Shown here: one piece after another, positions 15,109 through 29,059 of the stretch
Position numbering within the stretch: position 1 is the first letter of the stretch
How the letters are laid out: each line of letters begins with the position of its first letter
Assembly: GCA_964016885.1 (NCBI GenBank)
Contig: OZ024752.1
Span: forward strand, 1,178,001 to 1,242,000
Direction: 5' to 3'
Source: Eledone cirrhosa
Taxonomy: Eukaryota
Length of the DNA stretch: 64,000 nt
Program-made: the position numbers and the translations under genes
The notes under the pieces: generated by a model
Told to the model about the DNA's origin: nothing
Database searches by the model: none
Seen by the model: only the letters and a program-made list of their open reading frames with translations

Positions 15109-15348
15109 GTTATCGACTTCACCCTTGAAACGATGCTAGAAATAATTAATATCACAATCAGTAATGAAAGAATAATGTCATATCTTGGTAGTAACATTTA
15201 TTTGTTCGAACATTCTTCTTAATACCATTTTTAGCATTGTGCCACACTCGTATTAAAGAATGAATTTCTTTTCATAAACAACACCACCACACAGAACGCA
15301 GCCTTACACTTCATTCTAAATGACAATATACGTCATTATTTACTTTAA

Positions 15349-15539
15349 GGGTGGTGAATTGGCAATATCGGTAGAGAGTTGGACGCCATGCTTTCTTGCA
15401 TAGTTATGTCCCTTTACGGTCTGAGTTCAAATCCCGTCGAGGTTAACTTTTCCTTTCATACTTTAGGCGTCGATAAAATAAAGTACCAGTAATGTACACC
15501 GGTAATTGCTGGTCTTGTGCCAAAAGTGGAAGCAATTAT
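15349..15539 (+). mobile_element. SINE copy
   Basis: Full consensus match from GGTGAATTGGC to GCAATTAT. Confidence 0.9.
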
Positions 15540-16989
15540 GTATTTCAAGAAGGAATTCGATGCTGGTAATTAATTAAAACACGATACCGGTAATTAGTTA
15601 ACTTGATCATTGACTGAAACTGAAATTCCCCGATGTTAATATTACAACAATAAATAATGCAGAAATATAATTTGTTTGTGATGGGACACGCATTGCACAA
15701 GCTAATTAAGATCCTACTACGCAGGGCGTAATTGCTTAATCCACACTATGGTTATATATTCTTTCAAAACATCTCTAGGCAAGCATCGTATACGTATAGC
15801 TGGAAATATTAAACATATTTACATCTATAAGTTATACATTCTCACAATAACGTTAAAGTATTTGACAAGAAAGCTAGCTAAACACTTAAAATCGCATCTT
15901 TAAAAAAAGAGCAAGCTTGTTTAATTAAAATGAAAAAGCTACAATTTCTCATTTTCGGATATAGAAAATGTAATGTTGGTATATTTAAATTTGATAGATA
16001 ATAAATACATTTGGCTCCTGCATGATCTTTAACACTGTAGATCACTAAACATGAGAACAAATTAGGAAAGGAACATTTATTGCTTACAAATAACTCAAAC
16101 TTTTAGAATTTTCGCTATATTATCTCATCTTTTATCTCTAGGAAAGCATGTATACCTGTAGAATATTGGGTGGTTCGTCTAATGCTTAGTTTTGTATTAT
16201 TTTTCAAAAATACTTAGTGTTTATTTGATTAAACTTATGTTAACATTTATTCTCTTCCATACCACATTAATTATGTATAAAGATGTAAAATTCAAATCCC
16301 ATAATTATATCCATTGATAAGTTAGCTGTATTTAAACAGTTGGTATCTCTGTATGATGTTTCACTAATCAATATACTTATAATACTCTAATTTCGTACAC
16401 CATACGGATGTTTTCCTTGCCAAATCGTATTATTTGTATTTGACTTGTAGATAATCATCCCTGTATAATTAAATCTGTGCACTTCAGTTGCTTGGTTCAA
16501 AACAATTAATGTCCATGCACATTTGGGATATCTTCCATCATTACTAAGCTCAAAATCCTCATAATTCATTATAATTTACCACATCAATTAAAATGACCAA
16601 TTCTCCCAAACGCATACTTAAGTATATTTTCTTTTTAATAAATGTTTTGAACAGTTTCTCTTACATTTCAAATAACGAATATATGAAGTAATATTTTTCT
16701 GTTGTATTAGTAATAAAAATATATCTAGCATTAAATAAATTCAAGCATAAAGTAAACAACTCTCACAGACATTTTACTACCTCCATATGTTTTCACTATA
16801 GCGAATGTCAATTGGAATGTACTTTAGAGTGTAGCTTCTATAACTTCTATGAATATTTGTATAGTTTTGTATTACTATATTCCACAGAATACGAGATATC
16901 TTTTAAATATGCATTACTACTGTGTCGTGTTTTACTGATTGTACAAATCTACTTCAATATTTAACGGTGATATGAGAAAGACCGAAGTG

Positions 16990-17130
16990 GGTGAATTGGC
17001 AGAGTCATTAGAACGTCGATTAGAATACATGGAGGTATTCGTTTCGGCTCTCTGCTCTCTGATTTCAAATCCCGCTGATGTCAACTTTTCCTTTCATCCT
17101 TTCGTAGTCGATGAAATGAAAAAGTACCAG
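16990..17130 (+). mobile_element. Older diverged SINE copy
   Basis: GGTGAATTGGCAGA...TTCAAATCCCGC...CTTTCATCCTTTCGTAGTCGAT...AGTACCAGT. Confidence 0.7.
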
Positions 17131-17934
17131 TCTAGTAGTGGGCTTGATTCTGATTCCATATCTCTTTCTCACTTCTATTCTCCTACCCTGTCTAGATTTC
17201 TCTGGAAGAAATCTGCTGTATTCCGACCTGGAGAATGATGTACCCTGCCAGGTTTAAACATATCTAAGACACATCGCATATCAGTACGGCCGCATAATGA
17301 CTCCCTCAGCTGTTAAGGGACTATGCATGTCAAACAGGAACGATAGAAAGTGCATGTAGAATTGCATTCCTCAGAAGCTACAGTTGCAGAAAAGATGCTG
17401 GTTACTGGTTTGTTATTTTGATGTTTTCTCTTCAATACCACTTTAACCCACCAAATATATATCGTGGAAACGGTAAAGAAAATATGCAGCATAATGAATG
17501 GTGAAACGAAATCAATAGAACTAATATCTAATAGGATATGTCTACAAAACGAAGTAGATTGTAAGAGAAAGGATTTGGTAATGAAACAGGTAAACAAGGG
17601 ATATGTAAATGCCTATATACAATAATATTTAAATGAATGGAAACAGGGAAGAGTCTAAAGTTATATACAAATGTGATACACACATTAATATACTCATAAC
17701 ATGAATTAGAGTGAATTATAAATCTCCGAAGAGCAAATTATCATTATATTTCTTTCTAATTAATATATACGCCTAAGTACATATTTCCTGTCATATGAAA
17801 ATTAGACTCACATTAAATATGATTCTACGCTTTCTGAATTAGTATAAACAACTTGATTTCTTGGTCGCTAAACATCAACCTCATAATCTAGAGTAGAAAT
17901 GATTGCACGATATCAACATCATTATAGATTAACA

Positions 17935-18120
17935 GGGCGGTGAATTGGCAGTATCGGTAGATGGTTGGACGCCATGCTTTCTAGCATAGTTACGCACCTT
18001 TACGGTCTGAGCTCAAATCCCGCCGAGGTTAACTTTGCCTTTCATCCTTACGAGGTCCATAAAATAAAGTACCAGTAATGCACTGGGGTAATTGCTGGCC
18101 TTGTGCCAAAAGTAGAAACA
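17935..18120 (+). mobile_element. Full-length SINE, 14-bp TSD
   Basis: TSD ATTATAGATTAACA at 17921-17934 and 18121-18134. Confidence 0.93.
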
Positions 18121-18329
18121 ATTATAGATTAACATTAATGACATTCAACATAATTTGCTATACAACCTATTTGTTGAGATAAGATATCAAAGGAAAAGAG
18201 GAATGCTCCTCATATGCCATATTTCCTCAACTGATACATTAAACGTAAAAAAGTGTACTGAAGTTGAACTCGGCAGGAAATAATGTTGGTGTTGCAAAAA
18301 ACATATAATGGTCGCAAAATGGCTTGCTC

Positions 18330-18460
18330 GCTGTTATCTTTGCCTTTCAACCTAACGAAGTCGATACATTAAAGCACCAGTAGCGCACTTGGATCGATTT
18401 AATTGATTTTCCACTCCCCCTTCAAATTGCTAGCCTTGTGTATAGAATAGAAACAGTTAT
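18330..18460 (+). mobile_element. Diverged 3' half of a SINE
   Basis: CTTTGCCTTTCAACCTAACGAAGTCGATA...GCACCAGTA...AATTGCTAGCCTTGTG...TAGAAACA. Confidence 0.6.
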
Positions 18461-18995
18461 TAGGGTGCAATACATATTGTAAATTACTATATTTGTATTA
18501 CATATCTGATTTCTCACTGAAATTGATCAATGTTGTATTATATTGATTTGTAAAAGTTTCATATTCATTCCAGACAAGAACCAAATAGTTTCTTATGAAA
18601 TTACTTTGTAGATAGTTATATATTAACCAGGTTTACAATAATGTTTGACATTCTTGTTGCCAGTAATTTATCTTGGTTTATATATTTAAAATAAATTATA
18701 AAAAGCTGAAGGAGGAAATTACAGAAAGAAATGATGCGATGGTTAATGGAATTGTTGGTACACTGTGTCTGAATGAAATGCGGTATAATCACGATTAGAA
18801 TATTTTTCCCATATATCTACTAAACAGTGTTTAACAATCAGGTGTGAATTTAGTGATTTGCCTTTTATTGCTTATTAAAGAGGTCAATAGAGCTATTTAT
18901 TTACTTTACAAAAATATCATGAGTTACATACCTGAAATTTAACATCAATTTGTTTAACTCCATTTTAAATATTCAATATCCTCTTCACATATGTC

Positions 18996-19093
<98 letters not shown>

Positions 19094-19094
19094 A

Positions 19095-19332
19095 GTCGAT
19101 CGACAAGACCGCAGACCTCATTCGCTTGACGAGTGGGGCAGAGCGCATCAAATTGGACCGAGGAAACAATGTTTCCATTGGTCTTTCCAATTGCTAGTAC
19201 TATCTGTCGGCCGCAACACCAGGCAGAACGAGCAACGTGAAATAAAGTGTCTTGTTCAAGGACATATGGCATCGCATAGTCTGAGAATCGAAAGCACAAC
19301 CTCATGATTGGGAATCCAACTCAGCCACGCGG

Positions 19333-19333
<1 letters not shown>
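19095..19333 (-). mobile_element. Second tRNA-derived SINE family, between (TA)n tracts
   Basis: The minus strand begins GCCGCGTGGCTGAGTTGG (A box), has a degenerate B box TTCGATTCTC, then TGTCCTTGAACAAGACACTTTA, a motif typical of SINE central domains. Confidence 0.6.
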
Positions 19334-19379
<46 letters not shown>

Positions 19380-19410
19380 CACACACACACACATATACAT
19401 ATATATACAT

Positions 19411-19474
<64 letters not shown>

Positions 19475-19583
19475 ACACGTGTGTGTTACATAATGAAAGA
19501 ATAATACAAGGTGTAGTAGTTGTTTACTTAACTAAGGCATTTTGGCTTCTTCTTTCATTAACTGTCATTATGTACCCAACTCT

Positions 19584-19770
19584 AGGGCGGTGGATTGGCA
19601 GTATCGGTAGAGGGTCAGACACCATGCTTTCCAGCATAGTTACGTCCCTTTACGATCTGAGTTCAAATCCCGCCGAGGTAGACTTTGCCTTTCATCCTTA
19701 CGAGGTCGATAAAATAAAGTACCAGTAATGCACTGGGATAATTGATGGCCTTGTGCCAAAAGTAGAAACA
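19584..19770 (+). mobile_element. Full-length SINE, 17-bp TSD
   Basis: TSD ATTATGTACCCAACTCT at 19567-19583 and 19771-19787. Confidence 0.94.
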
Positions 19771-21913
19771 ATTATGTACCCAACTCTCTGGTTGTGGATA
19801 CGATACGGTGTATAGTAACGTATCCTTATTTTTCTCAAAAACACCTTCTCTATCTATATAAGGGGTTGGACATGAAATCCGGATATATATCTTGACATTT
19901 CATTGCATCAAGTGAAGACGTATTTGCTTTACTTTGAGCACCTTATTCATAACATATTTAATGGTTACTTGCGATATCTAATGCACACTACTCCAACATC
20001 AACAACTATTACTAAACACAGATATTATATGAACTTTGATATTTAAATGTCTAGACATCTTGATGTGTTTAGATCTGTTTAGATATTTTCCTGATGAATT
20101 GGTATTAATTTTCGTATACTTCTACATCATCTTTACCTATTAATAACAGAGTTTAATCATCCATACCAACAAAAACGATACTTTCATTCCTACTTCAACT
20201 TTTTCGCTTTCCCAGCAAGCTCCTATCTTTAGCCCATTGAAATATTACTTTTGACACGCAATTAGTTCTATTATATTTAGGACAATCTGAAGAGCCTGTG
20301 CATTATTTGATAAGATTGCCCGCATTTCGATCGGTATTTGTTGATTCGGATTTTTGTTTATGTTATAATAGATCCACTCATAATAGGATTGTTTTATTAT
20401 CCGCTGAATTGTATATATTCTATATAATATATTTCATATCATCTTATTTGGAATAATTATTTCGTCAATAATTCTTTATGATGGCTTATGATGGCTTATG
20501 ATGGCAATAAATCTTTATGATGGCTTTCAAAATCATCTGACATTTTATACAATATCTTCCTTCCTACGTTTGTTTGCAGATTTATTGTGGTTATAGAAAA
20601 AGCATTAGAGTCACTATTACTTCTAATTAGCATAAACATGTAAATGGAAGTTAACTGTCTCCATACGTTAAGGCTTCTATATATACTTTTAGTTACAATA
20701 GTACATTGCTAACACATGATAATTTAGATAGTACCAATTTCAAACTAGTTTAAAGAAAACTATATTTAGTGTTATACAATTCATAACGATTCAGATAAGT
20801 GATATATGGTTGATATAGCTCAACAGGCGTCAATGTGTTTGAAGAGATCTGCATAAACAGTCCGGCAAATAAAGTTCAAATATTTAAGTTCAAACGGAAT
20901 TCCATCAAATATTAACCATCTAGACCCACAATGACCATGGCATAAAAACTCCAGCTTAATGTCAAAACAATTAAACGAAGATTTACTTCGGTTTAAATAC
21001 AAAATATGTATAATCTTTAAAAGAAAAGTTTCCAAATTGTGCTTCACCAAGAACGTTTTATAGTGCGAGGCGTTAATCCATCGTCAAATAACTAACAAGC
21101 ACATTAACAGCGGTCCAAGAGGCACCAAAGTCCTTATACACAAAATATAGAAGAAGAATGTTGAATCAATAGAAGAGATTTGAACACACAAAATTGAAGG
21201 AGGTTATTAAATTATTCAAATAGTGAAATGCAGAGTGTTAGTGGAAACAGCTGTGCAAAAGGCTGACATACAGGATTCCGGTTGAACGAAAACCCGACTG
21301 AGGACAACATAATACAATTTAGATTAATAAATTGGATAGATTGGAGAAAAACTTGAGATAGAGAAGCAACAATCGAGAGTTATCGAGAAATAAATTACCG
21401 CCTTTAATCTGTGTTGCGGATAATAGCTAATATGTTTTGTTATTTACGGAAAGGATGCTCACTCTTATATGATGGCAGAACTTGATAAACACTGTAGTTA
21501 TGCACGAGACTGTGAAAGTCTGTCTATTAATTAAAAGGATCATTGATAGATTTCGATGTAATGAGACAGAGAAAAATGGAAACTGAAAGAAGAAATACAC
21601 GCAACAATAAAATTGTTTTATAGCACAGACTTGTAAAATATTGTCAAAAGTAACAGGAACAGTTGAAAATATTGCCAAGCAACACCTCATTCCATCACCC
21701 CTACTTTCATATTTTTCATTTGATATTTCATTTTATATATAAGCCTGTTCGTTTGAATTTTTCCCAAAACCTAGGAACTTAGTGGGAAAATTATTTTAGT
21801 CGCCAAATAAACAAAAACAAAACAAACACAAGAAAAAACTCACCGATTATACACCCAGGGTAGATTTTTTCTCGTGTATTAGAGAAGATAGCGTGTTTAG
21901 CATTTACACCTAA

Positions 21914-22140
21914 CTACCTTGTTTTCATTACCGTATGCTGAAGCTGGTGCATTACAGCATCAGCTCCAGGAGATCTTGCACTTAATTCAGCCTCCTGCAT
22001 TCCATCACTCGTGAACACGACCATGAGCTTGTTAAACATCTCCACCTGCTTCAATGGAACTCCAATCACATGTAGAGTACACTGCGCAGACCTCCTTAAA
22101 AGAATGAGTGTCTCAAATTTACATTCCATTCGTGCAGTTT
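21914..22140 (-). mobile_element. RTE-clade (Rex3/Expander-like) LINE fragment, post-RT region
   Basis: KFETLIL..QCTLHVIGVPLKQVEMFNKLMVVFTSDG.QEAEL.AR...ADAVM resembles the RTE pattern QVEEFKYLGVLFTSEG..EIDRRIGAASAVM. Confidence 0.7.
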
Positions 22141-22149
22141 ATGATTCAT

Positions 22150-22520
22150 CTGTGAAATGTTGCAGGCTAGAGTGGCTTGGGGTGTCTCCGGGTGGCAGGT
22201 GGACCCATTGATTCAATAAAATGATCAAAGATGCCACCCGAGTAAAGAAGGGGGCCGACAAAACATGATTTGGAAATAAGTCCCCACTTCTTGAACTTGC
22301 AGTACAAGCAAGCGCTAAAAGGTACAACTTGAGATTAGCAAATAAAGTGTTCTGGAAGACTGTCTGCCGAATTCCTAATAAATCCTCCTCCTCCACACCT
22401 GATATCTGTAATTCACATGGGATTCTCATCTATTCAGAGAGGTGAATACTTGCTGACCTCTTAAACCCGGTCACAAGAGCATCTTTTATGTACAGGAGGT
22501 GCAATTCGGAGCTATGATTA
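22150..22520 (+). mobile_element. RTE-clade LINE fragment, EN-RT linker region
   Basis: Hand translation with stops gives MIKDATRVKK, ANKVFWKTVCRI and DLLNPVT, resembling RTE-type KRFWQTIRRL...EYFEDLLNP. Confidence 0.6.
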
Positions 22521-23711
22521 GCATCGACAAAGTGTCGGATATCTTCAATTTTAAGTCACATGCACGCACACACAATTACTGGCAGAGTATTTAGTAACAT
22601 AGCCTCTATATGATTTGGTAGGTTTATAGCCATCAAGTGTAATATGGACCCATAGAAAGTATTGCACACTACAGAATTATCTAAAAATATGTTTTGCAAA
22701 TTACAATAGTAAATTACATTATATTACGATATCAAAATCACTTGTATATTCTTGTTGTTTAACATGTCCAATTCTTAGCAACAACATAATTGCCTGAGCA
22801 AACAATTAATACGAGAGATTAGTTTTGTGTGCGAAACAAAGAAACACTGTGAAATATTTCTACCTCAGATTAGTATGAGAAATATAGAGATTCTAATTTA
22901 ATCATATGGTTTGATGTTAAACAGATGTAGTACAATGTTATTCCTAAATTCTCATCTTCTCATAAATCACGTGCATTGAATGCCAGGAAATACACATTGT
23001 TATTGTAAATTTGTTCAATATGAACAAAAATGTTTCCCTTCTATTTAAACACAAAAGATTATTGTCAGAGTTATGTGTCTTGGAAGTAAATTGAAGCTGC
23101 TGATGTTAAAGTAAAATTTACCAAAGAAGAAAGGCAATTATGCCTGGCGCAAGTGGCTCAGTGTTATTTAATTTTTTTTTTATTTTGCTCCTTATTGTCA
23201 CTGTTATTATTTCTATTATTTCTTTACCTCACTACTTCTATAAAACAAATTCAAACATTTCTTGGTTCTTTTATTCAATGGAACACCTGACGTTTTATCC
23301 ACGAATCGGCTTTTTTGTTTTATATTTTGTCTATTTCAACTTGAGTATTATTTTATACGTTAGGAATTGCTATAGATTATTGAATAGAGAGGGAGAAAAA
23401 ATGGAATGATGGTTCAGTGGAATAATATAGGAGGAGATACTTGTTTAAAATCATTTATTTTCTTCTGTATTCAGGCTAAGGTAAAATTGAACGTCTGATA
23501 TGAGGGGAGGGTACAATAATTTTGTTTACGAAATGCTTACAAGGTAAAAAATAAAATAAAACAATTACCTATGCCAAATAACTCAAAGGCTTTGTAAAAT
23601 AGATGGTACAGCCTTATAATTCCCTCTATGTTGGACAAGAGATGTATTACCTTACGTTTCTTCAAATTTGGTTGCCAATGGATTAGGGTACATATTATCT
23701 AAAATGACAGG

Positions 23712-23910
23712 AGGCGGTGTATTGGCAAAGTCATTATAGCGTTGGACAAGTGGGTAGCAGTAAATGGTCTCAGCCTTTACTTTCTAAGTTCAAATGACGC
23801 CTAGATCAAGTTTGTCGTTCATTCTTCCATTGTCCTATACTGAGGTCGAATGTATTGATTTTCTCCTCCCCATAAATTGTTGGCCTTGTGCCGATCTCAG
23901 AAACCATTAT
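23712..23910 (+). mobile_element. Diverged SINE relic
   Basis: GGCGGTGTATTGGCA head, AGTTCAAAT box, AATTGTTGGCCTTGTGCC...AGAAACCATTAT tail. Confidence 0.6.
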
Positions 23911-24626
23911 TTAGTATTACATGAATTGAATTACTCTGATTCCATATTTAAATCTTCAGGCCATATCCATCATCTTTAACGCCACCAATCGAAATCTTTG
24001 TTTCCAACCACCCAAGCTTTATCTCACCATCAACACCTTCCCACAAACTACCAACGTTTACTCCTAATTTTAATTGTCCGGACCTTTCTGGTAATTTTAT
24101 ACGAAGGGAAATGTTTGAGCCATGTAGAGACCATGTATTTAATATATATAAAAATCCTCACAGCTTCGTTGTGTACGTTTAACTGGATTATTACATTTGA
24201 TAAGGAAGAACGTAAGGGTAATTTAAATTACATATAATATATATTAAAATATACTGCAGGCTTTATTGCCATATAAACTTATAATATCGACTATATTAGC
24301 CATTATCCAAATATAAATTAAATATATCTGAAAGGAAACTTTAACACTTGAGGATTTTTATCCTACTGAAAGCCCCATTGTAAAAACGGAGACGAATAAC
24401 AGAAAATTGTTCTAAATTACATAAAACTCTAACACAAACATTAGTATGTCAACAGATGAAATGTTTTAGGATAGTCAAATAATGATTTTAACTAATAAAA
24501 CATTGAATGTGGCGTTATCTATACATACACACACACATATACATACGTGTACACACACACATACACACACATATATATACATATATATATGTAAATATAA
24601 GAATATATATAAAAGTATCTAAGAAA

Positions 24627-24658
<32 letters not shown>

Positions 24659-24749
24659 TTATACATAAATATATATATATATGCACACAGATATATGTGT
24701 GTGAGTATATATGTATGTATGTATATATATTTATATATATATATATCTA

Positions 24750-24786
<37 letters not shown>

Positions 24787-24790
24787 TCAC

Positions 24791-24825
<35 letters not shown>

Positions 24826-25317
24826 GAATTCCAACTTTTATAAATTCAGAAATTATAAATGAGTCGTAAAAAATATGTTGTTGATATTTAATGAATAAAA
24901 ATATCCTAAGTATTGAGGGTTATATATATTTAGACAGAAGCAATAAATAGTTAAATAAGTCGATGAATAAATATATATATATAGAAATCAATAATATATT
25001 GTATGTTCTTCTACAGAGAATAAATGAAGATTGTCCACAATGAGACAAATAATAGAACGGATTGAATGATTTTTTTCATACGTGGCATTTTTCAATTGAA
25101 AAATATCATATTGAGTATTTCCATTTAATAGAAAACATGATTTGAATTACACATACGTACATCAACGCACGCCCAAACACTCATGTCCACACCTACAGGA
25201 ATGAGTGTATATGTGTGATGTGTGATTTATGTATATACGACTGCGTGTATTTTTATTTATGTATGCATCTAGGTACACATACATAAATAGATAATCAAAT
25301 GAAAAAATATATATATG

Positions 25318-25353
<36 letters not shown>

Positions 25354-26196
25354 TACATATATACACGCACACATGCATACACATACATACGTATATATAC
25401 ATATGTAAACATGTATATATGTGAGGTCGCTTTTCAGCGCTACTGGTAACATGTAACCCAGTACATGTTGATGATTGGGCCCTCGGCAACTAAAAACCGT
25501 CAACCCCACCAAGCTTGCCTAATGATGAGGGTGATTTTGGGCACCAAACGCTATGTAAAACAAAACGAGTCATAGGGCGGAGGAACTCAAGAAAGTCAAC
25601 GGTCATCCAATAAAGATTTTTTCTAGGCGAAGGTCACTCTGATATAAAACCTGTGAATCCGTTTGCATGCAATGATGAGGACCGTTTCTACTTTTTGTGT
25701 AAATGCATTAGATGTTCAGAGAGTGGGATTGGCACCATGCAAAACCTTTCCCCACATAAACATATTTCAGGCTCAGTCATCACTTGATATGAGAGATTTC
25801 TTACTATGTATGGTATTGCTGGCCATAGGCAAGTCTCTAGCAAGACTAAAAAACCATGTACGTGATGTTCATGCTTAAATATCAAGCAATGGCATTGCTC
25901 GAAATATCAAGCAATGGCATTGCAGCCGTCAGTATGTATATACGTACGTATGCATGTTGTCTCTTTCTCTTTGAGTTTATTTTGGACCGGCTTACTTCTC
26001 AGTGTCAAGACTGTAAAGATAAGGAAATCCCTGTTTTCCTTGTGCAATTGTACATCCTTTGAATAGTAATACTGTTGCACAGATATTGAAGTTTTTGAAT
26101 ATCAAAGGACCTTTGTGGTTTATGCTATAAGGAGCTACGTTATATTTGCTGAAATCCAAGTTCTGTCATGCTTTCAAGTATATATGAATGCTTATA

Positions 26197-26266
<70 letters not shown>

Positions 26267-26289
26267 AATATATAGATAGATTGATAGAT

Positions 26290-26580
26290 TGATAGATCTC
26301 TGTGTGCATGAATGTATGTATCTATGTAAGCTTTTGTCTTATTACATGTGCACACCTGTAGATTCGAGTTATATGTGTCTATATACATAAGTGTGTATAT
26401 GCAGGTGTTACATGGAATAGTTTACATATGTTTACAATTCCATTAATGGATTGCACAAGTAAGTTCATAACTAGCCGTGCTCCCTCTGGTTCTGTGAAGC
26501 CCAGCTCCTCAAGATTTGAAATGAAGCAGTTATTACTATATCTAAGAGCCCCAGTGATCACAGTTACAAATCTAATGTTG
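26290..26580 (-). mobile_element. Second, diverged R4/Dong-like LINE 3' fragment
   Basis: RFVTVITGALRYSNNCFISNLEELGFT...[15 protein letters not shown] aligns with the frameshifted C-terminus of the 10-13 kb element (VIIGELWYVSNCLNTNIEMLVFT...QVQSINGTVKICKTF). Confidence 0.8.
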
Positions 26581-26929
26581 CGAGACGGGTGTAAGTGTGG
26601 AGAGTGCACAGAGTACAAAGTGGGGATGGGGCGGAGACAGTGGGTGTAGTTTAATTTAGTAGCAGAGTGAAGGAAAGAGGGGTTGAAAGATAGAACAAAG
26701 AATAAGATAAGCTTAAGGAAGGTCATGGTCGAAGATATGAAACTGAGAAGAAGGGGTGTGGATGGTAGATTTTGTGAGAATATGAGGAAACTGGAAAAAG
26801 GGATTCGACGGAAAAGGACGAGTATATCGGTGGGGTAGAGGTGGAGGCAAAAACCCCTGTGGGATGAGATTTACACAAATACCGAGGAATACCGGGAATC
26901 TTATGAAAAGGACACAGAATCGACCGATG

Positions 26930-28230
26930 GCCAGTTCAGCACATCAACTCCTTTGTCGATACTTGTCGGCGTACTGTCAACCGGTTCCGCTTCCACCAGC
27001 ATTCTCGTCGCTCCAACATTACGTGGGCTGAGCTCTCAATCAACGGCGTCGCGATGACATTGTCATCAAACAAGCCGACAAAGGTGGTGCTGTGGTGGTT
27101 TGGAGCGTTGACCTCTACAAGGCGGAGGCCCTCCGCCAACTTCACAATACCCTTTTTACCGAATGTTATCCTCCGACCTCACTCCTGGCTACTAACAACT
27201 CGTGTTCACTAGCTCATCTCCCCCTCTCTCCTACCCCCGCCCCGCACAGCCACCACCTTATAGTACGCACCCCCTCACACAACCACCATATACTTCCTCC
27301 CCAAAATACACAAAACAACTAATCCCGACTGTCCTATCGTTTCCACGTGCATCTGCCCCACCGAAATCATATCTGAATACTTAGATACCCTCCTCGCCCC
27401 GTTAGTCGTTAACATCCCGTCACACATCCACGACAAAAATCATGCCCTTAGACGCTTTATCTCATCCTTCCCTCCTGGTCCAACTCGCCTTCTCTTCACC
27501 TTGGATATCACTTATCTCTATACCGTGATCCCTCATGACGACGGCCTCCACGCTCTCTGACACTTTTTAGACTTACGCCCTACTCCTTACTCCAGCACTA
27601 CCACTCCTCTCCATCTGGCTGAGCTTGTTTTGACCCTCAATGGGTTTTCCTTTTTTGCCACTCCGGCGACATATCTACCGTTCCTTCCGCATCCTCTCTT
27701 CTGACCCAGTCACTTCTCGATTTTTTCCTAACTCACCTATTACCACATTTAACGAGCCCGCAACCTTCTCGACCTCCTGATACGCAGTTCCTTCTCGTCC
27801 GCTCCTACGGCTCTCCCGGTCTCATCATTGTTCTTGTCCGCACTGTAACACTTGTCCTTTCATTTCCACCGTCACCACTCTCACAGGCCCTAACGATTCA
27901 TTCCGTATCCGCCACTTCTTCAGCTGCACCGTCATCCACATTGTCTATCATCTCCGGTGTTCCCTTTGCGGGTCCTTATACATCGGACAAACGGACGTCG
28001 TATGGCGGACCGTTTTGCTGAGCATTTGAGGGACATACGACTCGGTTTAGATACATACTCCCGTCGCTCGTCATTTCTGTTGTCCTGGTCATTCTTCCCT
28101 ACATGTCTCAATCCTGTGTGTCCTTTTCCATGACGAATCACAGGCCTCACGCACCAGGACAGAACAGAGTCTGATTTACCGCCTTTGGCGCTGTTTCCCT
28201 TATGGACTCAATTCACCGTCCCGATTTCTT
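26930..28230 (+). mobile_element. Decayed, internally deleted Penelope-like element (RT + GIY-YIG, Neptune-like)
   Basis: Hand translation gives ADKGGAVVVW..DLYKAEALRQL, LPKIHK..P..PIVS, LFTLDITYLYTVIPHDDGL and LAELVLTLNGFSF. GIY-YIG follows as IVYHLRCSLCGSLYIGQT...RFAEHLRDI. The RT catalytic DD segment is not visible. Confidence 0.88.
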
Positions 28231-28535
28231 TAATACCCCGCCCATTAGCACAAGCGCGCTTGTACATTCACCCCCTAGATTCCTACGGCTCTCTTATGGT
28301 CAGAAATATATTCTTTTACGGCTAATACAGACCCACATAATGTACACACTCCACTTTTCCCTTCACAGCTCTGTATACACACACACCCTTATATTAACAT
28401 ACTTTTGCTCATAGCTTCGTACTTACAAGCACACACACACTCTTTTACTTACATACACACACATACGTCCTCTTAGCTTCGTACGGACGTATAATAACAC
28501 ACACACACAAACACACATACTTACACACACACCCA

Positions 28536-28595
<60 letters not shown>

Positions 28596-28999
28596 CACAC
28601 ACACATATATATATATATATATAAATGAAAACGTACTGAAACACCATTGTACCTTTGAAATATGTATAATAAAATATATACTTTGGTTATGATAATATTT
28701 ATTAATATTTTGAATAATATTATATATATATGCCAAGTTGCGATCCACGATGACCATCTATTTCAAACCCTCCTCCTTTCTCTTAATGTGAACTTACAAA
28801 ATGACGTTAACATACACCTACATAGCAAGACGTAGCCACATGGACACCCGAACTGAATAAACTAAATAAGTTATTCAGATACTCATTCGTCGAAATCGAC
28901 AGAACAGTCCATTATATGTGCGTATATATATATATGTGTGTGTGTGTTTGTGTGTACGTATATATATATATGCACACACAAACATACACACACAAACAT

Positions 29000-29059
<60 letters not shown>

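Noticed and set aside
20820-21050. ORF containing RWLIFDG, reminiscent of the dynein AAA2 Walker B motif
   Set aside because: Flanking residues do not match and no exon structure supports it
25420-25870. GC-richer block possibly a LINE 5' UTR with an HDV-like ribozyme or a zinc-finger relic
   Set aside because: Could not build the nested double pseudoknot or a convincing peptide by eye
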